This document shows, in pieces, positions 9,739-19,370 of a stretch of 61,919 bases of DNA. Where the stretch lies: NCBI GenBank assembly GCA_003221005.1, contig QHTZ01000070.1, forward strand, positions 1 to 61,919. The letters are read 5' to 3'. This DNA is from Gemmatimonadota bacterium. Its GTDB lineage: Bacteria > Gemmatimonadota > Gemmatimonadetes > Gemmatimonadales > GWC2-71-9. A model generated the notes under the pieces. The model was not told the origin of the DNA and did not search any database. It saw nothing but the letters and a program-made list of their open reading frames with translations. The stretch's first letter is position 1, and every line of letters starts with the position of its first letter. The position numbers and the translations under genes were made by a program.

Positions 9739-11043
9739 TTGCCCAACGCTCCTGTCGATGCCGTGGCCCAGGTGATCCTGGCGCTCGCCGTCCTGCTCGC
9801 CGGGGCGAAGCTCGGCGGTCACCTCGCCGAGCGACTGGGACAGCCCGCGGTGCTGGGCGAGCTGGTCGCGGGGATCTTGGTGGGCAACCTCGACCTCGTG
9901 GGTGTGCCGTGGGTTCGCACACTCGGGAGCGACGGCACCATCGACGTCCTGGCCAAGCTCGGCGCCGTGGTCCTGCTGTTCGAGGTCGGGCTCCAATCCA
10001 CGGTGGGAGACATCCTCTCCGTTGGGGTGCGGTCGTTCGTCGTCGCAGTGCTGGGGGTGGTCACGCCGTGGGTGCTGGGGTGGGGCGTCGGCGCGCTCGC
10101 ATTGCCCAACGCTTCCCCTTACGTCCACGCCTTTCTGGGCGCTACGCTCACGGCCACGAGCGTCGGGATCACGGCGCGCGTCCTCAAGGACCTTGGGCGC
10201 GCGCAGTCGGCGGAGGCCCGCATCATCCTGGGCGCCGCAGTCATCGACGACGTGCTGGGGCTCGTGATCCTCGCCGTGATCGGGAGCGTAATCGCGGCGG
10301 CCAATCTCGGGACGGGGCTCTCCTACGGGCAGGTGGCCGCGGTGCTCTTCAAGGCGCTCGCGTTCCTGGTCGGCGCGCTCGCCGTCGGAGCGGTGTTCTC
10401 CCCGCGGCTGTTCGCGCTCACCGCGCGGCTGCGCGGTCAAGGCACCCTGCTCACGACCGCGCTGGTGTTCTGCTTCCTCCTCGCCTACCTCGCGTCGGCC
10501 GTCGGGCTCGCGCCGATCGTGGGCGCCTACGCGGCGGGACTAGTGCTCGAGGAGGCGCACTCGCAGAAGCTGGAAGAGCTGGTTCGGCCCATCGGGACGT
10601 TGCTCGTGCCCGTCTTCTTCGTCGTGATGGGCACGCGCGTGCGCCTCGAGGCGTTCGCGCATACGGAAATCCTGGGTCTCGCGACGCTGCTCACGGTGGC
10701 GGCGATCGTGGGCAAGCAGGCGTGCGCCCTGGGCGGGCTCGGCGCTCCCCTGAACCGGCTCGCGATCGGTCTCGGCATGATTCCCCGAGGCGAAGTGGGC
10801 CTGATCTTCGCCAACCTGGGCCTCGGGCTCACGCTGCACGGCGTGCCCGTCATCGACGAGCGGGTGTTCTCGGCCGTCGTGCTGATGGTCGTCCTGACGG
10901 CACTGGTCACGCCGCCGGCCCTCAAGTGGAGTCTGGCGCGCGCGCCGCGACGTGCTCACGCCGCGGTCGCTGCAACGCAAAACGTGCAGGTTGTGCAACA
11001 GTTCAAAGGCAGCTTTGCAGTGAGCGACGGGAGTACCACTTGA
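9739..11043 (+). CDS. Cation:proton antiporter (CPA2, NapA/KefB-like)
   Basis: QPAVLGEL, LLFEVGL, ATSVGIT, AVIDD, MIPRGEVGLI; TTG start after GGAGG. Confidence 0.9.
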   Translation: MPNAPVDAVAQVILALAVLLAGAKLGGHLAERLGQPAVLGELVAGILVGNLDLVGVPWVRTLGSDGTIDVLAKLGAVVLLFEVGLQSTVGDILSVGVRSFVVAVLGVVTPWVLGWGVGALALPNASPYVHAFLGATLTATSVGITARVLKDLGRAQSAEARIILGAAVIDDVLGLVILAVIGSVIAAANLGTGLSYGQVAAVLFKALAFLVGALAVGAVFSPRLFALTARLRGQGTLLTTALVFCFLLAYLASAVGLAPIVGAYAAGLVLEEAHSQKLEELVRPIGTLLVPVFFVVMGTRVRLEAFAHTEILGLATLLTVAAIVGKQACALGGLGAPLNRLAIGLGMIPRGEVGLIFANLGLGLTLHGVPVIDERVFSAVVLMVVLTALVTPPALKWSLARAPRRAHAAVAATQNVQVVQQFKGSFAVSDGSTT

Positions 11044-11108
11044 GCCAGCGCCGATTGGGTCTCAACTGGCAGAGTTTGCTTGACGTCGTACCGGACGCGG
11101 GGTACCTT
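10976..11108 (+). promoter_or_regulatory. glnA promoter with upstream tandem CGCA-N5-TGCA-N5-TGCA sites
   Basis: Sites at 10976-10997; TTGACG(11080)-17bp-TACCTT(11103). Confidence 0.6.
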
Positions 11109-11193
11109 CCCGCGTGCCCGCAGTCCCTTGTGCCCGCAGGCCGTAGCCTGACCAACCCTGGAGCGACTTGATCCGCCGGAGGACCAGTTTTCT

Positions 11194-12663
11194 ATGACTG
11201 CAACAGCCAAACCAACCGCCACGCCACACGCCAAGGGCGCATCCGCGCCCGCCGACGTGATTCGCCGGGCGCGCGAGCACGGGGTGCAGGTCGTGGACCT
11301 GCGCTTCACCGACCTGCCCGGAACCTGGCAGCACTTTTCGATTCCGCTGGGGGAGCTGACCGAGGATCTGTTCGCGGAGGGGATCGGGTTCGACGGGTCG
11401 TCCATCCGGGGATTCCAGGCGATCAACGAGAGCGACATGCTGCTCTTCCCCGACGCGGGGAGCGCGTTCGTGGACCCCTGTCTCGAGGTGCCGACGCTGT
11501 CGCTCACCTGCGACGTCAAGGATCCTGTGACCGGGGAGCCCTATTCGCGCGACCCGCGCTACGTGGCCCAGAAGGCCGAAGGGCATCTCGGGAAGACGGG
11601 CATCGCCGACACGGCGTACTACGGGCCGGAGGCCGAGTTCTACATCTTCAACTCGGTGCGCTTCGATCAGAACGCGCACGAGGGCTACTACCACGTCGAC
11701 TCCGAGGAAGGGATCTGGAACTCGGGGCAGGACGGCAACGGCACCCCCAACCTGGGGCACCGGCCGCGCCATAAGGAAGGCTACTTCCCGGTACCGCCGA
11801 CCGACCGTCTGCAGGACCTTCGCTCCAAGATCATGCTCGCCATGATCGCCGCCGGGGTCGAGGTCGAGGTGCACCACCACGAGGTGGGCACGGCCGGTCA
11901 AACGGAGATCGACATGCGGTTCAAAACGCTCACGCGCATGGCCGATCAGATGATGATCTACAAGTACGTGGTGAAGAACGTGTGCCGCCAGAACGGCTAC
12001 ACGGCCACGTTCATGCCCAAGCCGCTGTTCGGGGACAACGGCTCCGGGATGCACGTCCACATGAGCTTGTGGAAGGACTCGAAGCCCTTGTTCTTCGACG
12101 CGAAGGGGTACGGTCTGATCTCCGATACGGCGCGCTGGTACATCGGAGGGCTCATCAAGCATTCACCGGCCCTGCTCGCCTTCGCGGCACCGACGACGAA
12201 CAGCTACCGGCGGCTGGTGCCGGGGTACGAGGCGCCGATCAACCTGATCTACTCGCAGCGCAACCGCTCGGCGATCTGCCGCATTCCCGTGTATTCCAAG
12301 TCGCCCAAGGCGAAGCGCGTCGAGTACCGGGCCCCGGACCCCTCGTGCAACCCGTATCTCACGTTCGCGGCGCTGTTGATGGCCGGGCTCGACGGCGTCA
12401 AGAACAAGATCGAGCCGCCCAAGCCGATGGACGTGGACCTCTACGAGCTGGAGCCGGAGGAGCGCAAGCATGTGAAGAACACGCCGGGCTCGCTCGCGGA
12501 CACGTTGGCGGCGCTCGAGGCCGATCATGCGTTCCTGCTGGAGGGCGGGGTGTTCACGCCGGACGTGATCGAGACCTGGCTCAGCTACAAGCGGACGAGA
12601 GAGGACGATCCGGTACGGCTGCGGCCACATCCCTACGAGTTCTTCCTGTACTACGACGTGTGA
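11194..12663 (+). CDS. glnA: Glutamine synthetase type I-beta
   Basis: [40 protein letters not shown], adenylylation-loop DLYEL, YYDV C-terminus. Confidence 0.97.
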   Translation: MTATAKPTATPHAKGASAPADVIRRAREHGVQVVDLRFTDLPGTWQHFSIPLGELTEDLFAEGIGFDGSSIRGFQAINESDMLLFPDAGSAFVDPCLEVPTLSLTCDVKDPVTGEPYSRDPRYVAQKAEGHLGKTGIADTAYYGPEAEFYIFNSVRFDQNAHEGYYHVDSEEGIWNSGQDGNGTPNLGHRPRHKEGYFPVPPTDRLQDLRSKIMLAMIAAGVEVEVHHHEVGTAGQTEIDMRFKTLTRMADQMMIYKYVVKNVCRQNGYTATFMPKPLFGDNGSGMHVHMSLWKDSKPLFFDAKGYGLISDTARWYIGGLIKHSPALLAFAAPTTNSYRRLVPGYEAPINLIYSQRNRSAICRIPVYSKSPKAKRVEYRAPDPSCNPYLTFAALLMAGLDGVKNKIEPPKPMDVDLYELEPEERKHVKNTPGSLADTLAALEADHAFLLEGGVFTPDVIETWLSYKRTREDDPVRLRPHPYEFFLYYDV

Positions 12664-12674
12664 AGCGAGGAACT

Positions 12675-12702
12675 GAGGCGGCCGGGAAGCTCCGGCCGCC
12701 TC
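12675..12702 (+). other. GC-rich intergenic hairpin between the two GS genes
   Basis: GAGGCGGCCGG-gaagct-CCGGCCGCCTC, 11-bp perfect stem with a weak TTGT tail. Confidence 0.6.
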
Positions 12703-12709
12703 TTGTGCC

Positions 12710-14062
12710 ATGACCGCGACCGCGGAAAAGACGACCGGAGCGACGAAGAAGGAGATCCTCAGTCTCTGCCGCGAGCAGGGCGTAGCGTTCCTGCGGCTGC
12801 AGTTCACCGACATCCTTGGCGTCAACAAGAACTTCGAGGTGCCTGAGAGCCAGTTCGACAAGGCCCTCTCGGGCGACATCCGCTTCGACGGCTCGGCGAT
12901 CGAAGGCTTCGTCCGGATCGAAGAGTCGGACATGGTGCTCAAGCCCGATCTCGACACCTTCCGGGTGCTCCCCTCCGACGAGCCGGGCGGGCGGGTGGCG
13001 CGGCTGCTGTGCGACATCTACAACCCCGATGGCTCCCCCTTCGCCGGCTGCCCCCGGCAGACCCTCAAGCGGCAGATCGCGCGGGCTGCGGCGCTCGGCT
13101 ACGAAGTAATGATCGGCGTCGAGGCCGAGTTCTACATCTTCCAGCTGGACGCGGACGGCAAGCCCACCACGCGCACCCACGACAGCGGCGGCTACTTCGA
13201 CCTGACGCCGGTCGACAAGGCCGAGGAGATCCGGCGGCTGATCGTGCGCGACCTCGTGTCGATGGGTTTCGAGGTCGAGGGGGGGCACCACGAGGTCGCA
13301 CCCGGTCAGCACGAGATCGACTTCCGCTACGCCGGGGCGCTCGACACGGCGGACAACCTGGCGACCTTCAAGTTCGTCGTGCGCAACGTCGCGTACCGCC
13401 ACGGCTACCTCGCCACGTTCATGCCGCAGCCGATCTTCGGTCAGGCCGGCTCTGGCATGCACACCAGCCATTCCCTGTTCCGGCAGGGGAAGAACGCGTT
13501 CTACGAACGGAAGGCGCAGTGGGAGCTGTCCAAGGTCGCCCTCCAGTACATCGGGGGACTGCTGAAGCACGCCCGCGGCTTTTGCGCCGTCACTAATCCG
13601 CTGGTCAACAGCTACAAGCGCCTGGTGCCGGGCTACGAGGCGCCGGTGCACGTCGCCTGGTCGATGCGCAACCGCTCTCCGCTGATCCGCATCCCCGAGC
13701 GCCGCGAGGTGGGCACGCGCTGCGAGGTGCGCATGCCCGACCCCGCGGCCGATCCCTACCTCTCGCTCACCGTGCAGATCGCCGCCGGCCTGGATGGCGT
13801 CGAGCATGAGTTCACGCCGCCCGACCCGGTCAACAAGAACATCTTCGAGATGAGCTACCGCGAGCGGCGCCACTTCCGCATCGACGACCTCCCCCGGGAC
13901 CTGCACGAGGCGCTCGAGTACCTCGAGAAGGACGAGGTTGTCCGGGCCGCCCTCGGCGACCACATCTACGAGCGGTTCATCGAGGCGAAGCAGCGGGAGT
14001 GGCAGGAGTACATCGGGCGCGTCAGTGAGTGGGAGCTGGAGCGATACCTCGGGCTGTACTGA
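12710..14062 (+). CDS. glnA: Second glutamine synthetase, type I-alpha-like
   Basis: LRLQFTDILG, FDGSAIEGFVRIEESD, HHEVAPGQHEIDF, PGYEAP, NRSPLIRIP; lacks the beta insert; NIFEM at the adenylylation position. Confidence 0.9.
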   Translation: MTATAEKTTGATKKEILSLCREQGVAFLRLQFTDILGVNKNFEVPESQFDKALSGDIRFDGSAIEGFVRIEESDMVLKPDLDTFRVLPSDEPGGRVARLLCDIYNPDGSPFAGCPRQTLKRQIARAAALGYEVMIGVEAEFYIFQLDADGKPTTRTHDSGGYFDLTPVDKAEEIRRLIVRDLVSMGFEVEGGHHEVAPGQHEIDFRYAGALDTADNLATFKFVVRNVAYRHGYLATFMPQPIFGQAGSGMHTSHSLFRQGKNAFYERKAQWELSKVALQYIGGLLKHARGFCAVTNPLVNSYKRLVPGYEAPVHVAWSMRNRSPLIRIPERREVGTRCEVRMPDPAADPYLSLTVQIAAGLDGVEHEFTPPDPVNKNIFEMSYRERRHFRIDDLPRDLHEALEYLEKDEVVRAALGDHIYERFIEAKQREWQEYIGRVSEWELERYLGLY

Positions 14063-14076
14063 ACAACTACAAATGC

Positions 14077-14165
14077 GTGGTGCGTAGTACGTGGTTGCCA
14101 GCGGTCCCGGACGCCGTCGCGCGGCTCCGTTGGGACTTGTTCCGCCGGATGCAACCACGCACCAC
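14077..14165. repeat. Interrupted inverted repeat between the convergent GS and porin genes
   Basis: CGTGGTTGC (14090-98) pairs with GCAACCACG (14151-59); GTGGTG pairs with CACCAC. Confidence 0.5.
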
Positions 14166-14203
14166 TCACCTATATTTTTCCTGCCGACACTATGTCGTCA
14201 CCA

Positions 14204-15364
14204 TCAATACAGGTACGCGACACTAAGCGCGAAGCTCACCTGCCCGTCCTTGCCATTGAACACCTGAAAGCTCGAGTGATCGTAGCGCACTTCTGGTCGC
14301 ACCAGCGCGTTGGGCCAGCTTTTCACGTTCAGGGTGCCCGTCAGGCTCCACAGCTTGTGGGCGGCGGTGCTCAGCAACCCGAATGCGCCCGACGTGCGCG
14401 CGGTTTGCGCGTCATTGAGATAGTCCGCGCGGCCGGCGAAGTTGACTTTGGGTGAGAGGTCGACCGCAAGCCAGCCGCCCACCGCCCACCAGGTCGCGTC
14501 CTGGGTCGGATCGGGGAGGGCCGCGTTCGCCTTCTCTTTCCCCCAGTCACCCTGAATCCATACTGAGGCCTTGCTTCCCATCTTCTGGTTGAGCAGGACA
14601 TCGATCCCGTAGCGGGACGCGTTACTGTTTGGCTCCTGCGCCCCCACGTACCCGACGATGCCGAGGGCGGTGTTGGCGGACGTCAGGCCGAGCCGGCCCA
14701 TGAAGTCTTTGTTCCCGTTGGTGACGACGACGCGGTCCCACCCGTTGTCGATCCGGAGCTCGATGTCGGCGCTGCTCGAGAACTTGTAGTCCAGCTCGAG
14801 ACCGGTGGCGGTGAAGTTCTCGACGTAGATGAACTGGTTACCCTCCGACCAGTTCGGGTTCACCACGTCTTCGATGACTTCTAGGCCCATCATGGTCACG
14901 AACTTGCCGGCCTTGAACTGGATGCCGTTGCCGTTCGCGGTCGGCAGGTTCAGGGTGACGTACAGCTGCGTGATTTCCCCGTCCGTCCCCACGTTGAAGC
15001 CGCTCGCCCCGCTGCCGCTCGAGTGGAGGACCTCCGCGTTTTGACCCAGCAGTACGTCGGCATGAACGCCCGCGTCCACCTTCTTAGCATCAAAGGGACG
15101 GTCGGCCGTCAGCTTCAGCGCGTTCAGGGTGAAGGCGTTGGAGTAGCGGTCGTACAGCCTGCCGAGGATTGTGTTGGGAGGGACGGCCTCCGTCGAATAG
15201 GCGTAGGATGCCTCGACGTACCCGCTGAGCTTGAAGCTCGGCGGTGGCGCGGGGGCGGGGGCGGGGGCGGGGGCAGCCGGCGGAGCCTGTCCGGCGAGGG
15301 GCGCGGCCACGGCGCCGAGCCAAGCGAGGCTGAGCGCGCTGACCATACGGAGTGGGGGCGGCAT
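14204..15364 (-). CDS. Outer-membrane beta-barrel protein (putative porin, BBP2/OmpL-like)
   Basis: Signal peptide, Ala-Pro linker, SGYVEASY, GKF...G.E, RPEVRYD, terminal aromatic residue; GAGGA RBS. Confidence 0.75.
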   Translation of the reverse strand: MPPPLRMVSALSLAWLGAVAAPLAGQAPPAAPAPAPAPAPPPSFKLSGYVEASYAYSTEAVPPNTILGRLYDRYSNAFTLNALKLTADRPFDAKKVDAGVHADVLLGQNAEVLHSSGSGASGFNVGTDGEITQLYVTLNLPTANGNGIQFKAGKFVTMMGLEVIEDVVNPNWSEGNQFIYVENFTATGLELDYKFSSSADIELRIDNGWDRVVVTNGNKDFMGRLGLTSANTALGIVGYVGAQEPNSNASRYGIDVLLNQKMGSKASVWIQGDWGKEKANAALPDPTQDATWWAVGGWLAVDLSPKVNFAGRADYLNDAQTARTSGAFGLLSTAAHKLWSLTGTLNVKSWPNALVRPEVRYDHSSFQVFNGKDGQVSFALSVAYLY

Positions 15365-15425
15365 GGCGGTCCTCAGTAAGGAGAAGTGATCGCGCGACGG
15401 AGCGGATAGCTCACCTCGCGCAGGT

Positions 15426-15549
15426 ATGTTAACCCTGCAGTTGCAGTAGTGTCAAGTGTTTTGTGCATTTTTTGCACCACCTTGGCGTTACCATGCATAC
15501 TTTGGCACATGACGAATCGGAGGCAAGTTATTATTGTGCATGTGATGCG
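15426..15549 (-). promoter_or_regulatory. Porin promoter with GTGCA-N5-TGCAC (15463-15477) and TGCA-N5-TGCG (15537-15549) sites
   Basis: TTGACA(15455-50)-18bp-TAACAT(15431-26). Confidence 0.6.
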
Positions 15550-15642
15550 CATATTCGATATCACGCTTGCACTTCAGCCCCGCGGGAATGCCCCTTGGGC
15601 CGGGGTTGACGGCCTGCGTGCCCTGGTTAGTATGGCCGGACT

Positions 15643-15717
15643 ATGGTGAATGTCCACCGCGTCAGCTCGCCGATCAGCACGATCGCGATTTGTCCGCCCC
15701 GAGAGGCGGTGTGCTGA
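15643..15717 (+). CDS. Putative Ile/Val-containing leader peptide of cimA (MVNVHRVSSPISTIAICPPREAVC)
   Basis: TTGACG-16bp-TAGTAT promoter ends 9 nt before the ATG; three clustered Ile codons; directly upstream of cimA. Confidence 0.55.
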   Translation: MVNVHRVSSPISTIAICPPREAVC

Positions 15718-15755
15718 CGCTCGGCTAAGAGACGTTCCCGACCAGTCAGTGCCCC

Positions 15756-17273
15756 GGGACCCAGCGCGAAGGGCTCTCGCTCTCCGTCGAGGACAAGGTA
15801 AAGATCGCCCGCCGCCTGGATGAGCTGGGGATCTATTATCTCGAGGGCGGCTGGCCGGGGTCGAATCCGAAGGACGCCGAGTTCTTTCGTCGCATCCCCA
15901 CTGCGGGGCTGCGCCGGGCCAAGGTCGCGGCGTTCGGCATGACGCGCCGGGCGGGCGGCCGTGCGGAAGACGACGCCAACCTGCGGGCGCTGGTGGAGGC
16001 GGAGACGCTGGTCGTGACGCTCGTGGGCAAGACGTCCGCCCTCCATGTGGAGCGCGTGCTCGAGACGAGCCGCGACGAGAACCTCCGCATGATCGGCGAC
16101 AGTGTCGGCTACTGCAAGCGCCTGGGCCGGGAAGTGATCTACGACGCCGAGCACTTCTTCGACGGGTGCCGCCTCGACCTGGAGTACGCGCACGCCACCG
16201 TGCGCGCCGCGGCGGACGCGGGTGCCGACTGCGTGGTGCTATGCGACACCAACGGGGGCGAGCTCCCCGAGGTCGTCGAGCAGCGAGTGCGCGACGTGCG
16301 CTCGCGGGTTGCCACGCCTCTCGGGATCCACACGCATAACGACTCGGGGCTCGCGCTCGCGAACGCCCTTGCGGCGGTCAAGGCCGGCTGCGTGCACGTG
16401 CAGGGAACGATCAACGGCTACGGCGAGCGCTGCGGTAACATGGATCTGATCCCCCTCATCGCCACGCTGCAGTGCAAGCTCGGGTACAACGTGCTGCCGC
16501 CCGCTCAGCTGGGCTGCCTCACCGAGGTAGCGCACTTTGTCGCGGCGGTCGCGAACCTGAACCCCGATCCCCATCAGCCGTACGTCGGCCGCAGCGCGTT
16601 CGCGCACAAGGGCGGCATCCACGTCGCCGCCGTCGCCAAGGTCGCGGAAAGCTATCAGCACATTGATCCCGTGCTCGTTGGCAACGAGATGCGGGTGGTC
16701 GTGAGCGAGCTGGCGGGCCGCCGCAACATCACGATGCGCGCCGAGGCGTTGGGTTTGCGAGTCGGCGTCCCCGAGGCAGGGCTGCTCCAGCGCATCAAGG
16801 AGCTGGAGCACGCCGGGTTCCAATTCGACGGGGCGGAGGGATCGTTCGAGATGCTGGTGCGGCGCTCCGCCCCGGATTACAAGCCGCCGTTCGAGTTACT
16901 CGGCTTTACCGTGCTCGTCGACGAGGCGAATGGGGCGGGGGTCAAGGCGCAGGCGACGGTGAAGCTGCGCGTGGGCGACGAGGTGGTGCACACCGCGGCG
17001 GAGGGGGCGGGGCCGGTGAACGCCCTGGACTGCGCCGTCCGGAAGGGGCTGCTGCCGCATTATCCCGAGCTCGCGGACGTGCGGCTCGTGGACTACAAGG
17101 TTCGGATCGTGGACGAGCACCTGGGCACCGCTGCGAAGCCGCGTGTGGTGCTCGAGTCGGCGCGCGGCTCGGAGCGCTGGAGCACGGTGGGGTGCTCGGA
17201 GAACATCATCGAGGCGAGCTGGCAGGCGCTCAAGGACAGCCTCGAGCTGCCGCTGCTCAGGGCGCGGGGCTAG
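15756..17273 (+). pseudogene. cimA: Citramalate synthase lacking its start codon and N-terminal DTTLRD motif as assembled
   Basis: Homology starts at GTQREGLSLSVEDK..EGGWPGSNPKD; in-frame TAA at 15726 with no start codon in between; HTHND, GERCGN, AFAHKGG and regulatory domain intact. Confidence 0.7.
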
Positions 17274-17276
17274 GGG

Positions 17277-19357
17277 TCAGTCCGTCGCGGCTTCGGCGGC
17301 GGGGGCGGCGTGGGCCTCCTTGAACTTGATCGGCTCGGCCCAGAACCCGGCGCAGAAGTCGCCGAACGCGCGCGCCCGGTCCAAGATCTCGCGCGCGGCC
17401 GCCTCTCCCGGCTCCGCGCGCTTCAGGCGCGCGAACTCCCCTGACAATTCGCTCCACGAGCCGCCGGTCTGTCCGGAGAGCACGAAGATGTTTTCGAACT
17501 CCCACAGCGCCTGCTCCGGTGTGAACGGGTCCACCAGCCGGCGATAGAGCGGGACCCGCGCGGCGGCCGCCGCCGCCTCGTACCCGGCGAAGATCGCGGC
17601 GCCGAACTCCTTGTGCGCGAAGTACGCCTCGGCGCGTGCCCCCAGTCCTGATAGAAGGAGGGGTCCGCTTCGAACGTCGGCACGGAGCGCAGCGGCTCGA
17701 GGGCCTCCTTGAGACGCGCCTCGCCCAAACGCGCCATGCACGCAGTGAAGTCCTCGCCGTCCTGCCGCTCACTCTCGAACAGCCCGAGCAAGGTCTGCAA
17801 CACCCTGACGCAGTTCTTCGCGGGATACTTGCCCATCACTTCGCCGATCTGCGCCCGGTCGAGGCCGATCCGGCCGCCCACGAACAGGAGGTACGAAGGC
17901 ACCGTGCGCTTATCCTCGGTCATGGCCGCGCTGTGAAAGCCGACGTCGGCGACGGCGTGCTGGGCGCAGCCGTTCGGGCATCCGGAAATCTTGATCCTGA
18001 GGGTACGCGCCAGCTCGCGATATTGCGCGAGCTCACCCCCGTCCTCGAGCGCGGCCGAGAGCGCCGAGCCGAGGCCCTTCGCCGAAGCGATGCCGAGACG
18101 GCACGTGTCGGCTGCGGGGCAGGTGGTGATGTCCTCGATCGTCTCGGCGCCGGGATCGCCGAGCTCGATGCTGCGGAGGGCGTCGTATAGGTCGGGCAGC
18201 TCGTCCTCGCGCACCCAGGGCAGATAGAAATTCTGGTCGACCGCAATGCGTGCCTCGCCCGCCGAGTAGCGCCGCACGACCTCGGCGAGCTTGCGGAGCG
18301 GATCGCTCAGGATGTCCCCTAACCGCAGCCGGACGTTGACACCCTTCAGTCCCGGGATCTTGTGGGGCACCACGGAGTCGCGGTACCAGCGACGGTATTC
18401 GGGCCGCTCGGTGCGCGGATCGCGCACCGGGAGTCCGGCACGCGGCGGAACCTCGAAGGGCTGGTGAACCTCCTGTACATCCTCGGGCGGGAAGGGGATC
18501 GGACCGACGTGCTGGCGCTCGAGATCGAGCGCTTCGCGAAACCGCGGCCACCCCATGGCCTGCACCAGGAACTTCATGCGCGCCTTCATACGGGACTTGC
18601 GCTCGCCGTAGCGGTCGAATACCCGCAGGATGGCGGCGGCGAAGTTGTACATCTCCTCGACTGGGAGGAAGTCGGTGTACTCGTGCGACAGCATCGGCGC
18701 CCCGCCCATCCCGCCCGCGACCTGGATCTTGAAGCCGCGCCGCTCACGGCCGTCATCGGAACGGACCTGCGCGATGAACCCGATGTCGTGCAGCCGTACG
18801 GCCGAGTGGTCCTCGGTGCAGCCTTCGAAGGTGATCTTGAATTTCCGCCCCAGCACTTGGTTGTGGTCGTTGCGCACGAGATAGCGGAACAGGGCGTGGG
18901 CGTAAGGGGCGACGTCGAACACCTCGGTGGGCGACGTCCCCGAGCGGTAGCAGGCGGTGATGTTGCGGACGGTGTTGCCGCACGCCTCGCGCGTCGTGAT
19001 GCCCGCCGCCGCGAGGAAGCGCATGAGGTTCGGCGCTTCTTCGAGCTTGAGGTAATAGATCTGCACGTCTTCGCGCGTGGTCAGGTGCAGGAATCCCGAG
19101 CCGAAGCGTTCGGCAGCGTCAGCCAAGGTGACGAGCTGGTCGGCTGAGAGGACGCCTCCCGGGATCTTGATGCGCTGCATCTGCACGCCTTCCTGGCGCT
19201 GGGCGTACGTGCCGAACTGCAGCCGCAGCTTCTGCATCTTGACTTCGCCCAGCTCGCCCCGGCGGTACTGCTTGATCTCCTCTTCGTAGAGATCGAGCTC
19301 CGCCGCGATGTGGTCAGGGAGCGGTGCGGTAGGTGCGACGCGATCGATCGCGGTCAT
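17277..19357 (-). CDS. Siroheme sulfite (or nitrite) reductase with a frame break near 17640 separating the C-terminal helical domain
   Basis: HLTTRED, CGNTVRN, RKFK, CPAADTC..SGCPNGC siroheme/[4Fe-4S] cysteines; operon with cysH-cysG; protein-like sequence continues in another frame (ARAEAYFAHKEF...) to 17277. Confidence 0.85.
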
Positions 19358-19370
19358 AGATCCAGTTCCT

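Noticed and set aside
9633-11080. sigma54-like TGGCA boxes at 9633 and 11067, and an NtrC reading of the TGCA dyads
   Set aside because: First has GT instead of GC at -12, second has GG-N8-GC spacing; dyad spacing is N5, not the NtrC spacing
11114-11139. GTGCCCGCAG direct repeat in the glnA 5' UTR or a glutamine riboswitch
   Set aside because: Only two GC-rich 10-mers, not seen at the other nitrogen promoters, and no recognisable riboswitch fold
15249-15272. GCGGGG x4 tandem repeat
   Set aside because: Encodes the ordinary Ala-Pro linker after the porin signal peptide
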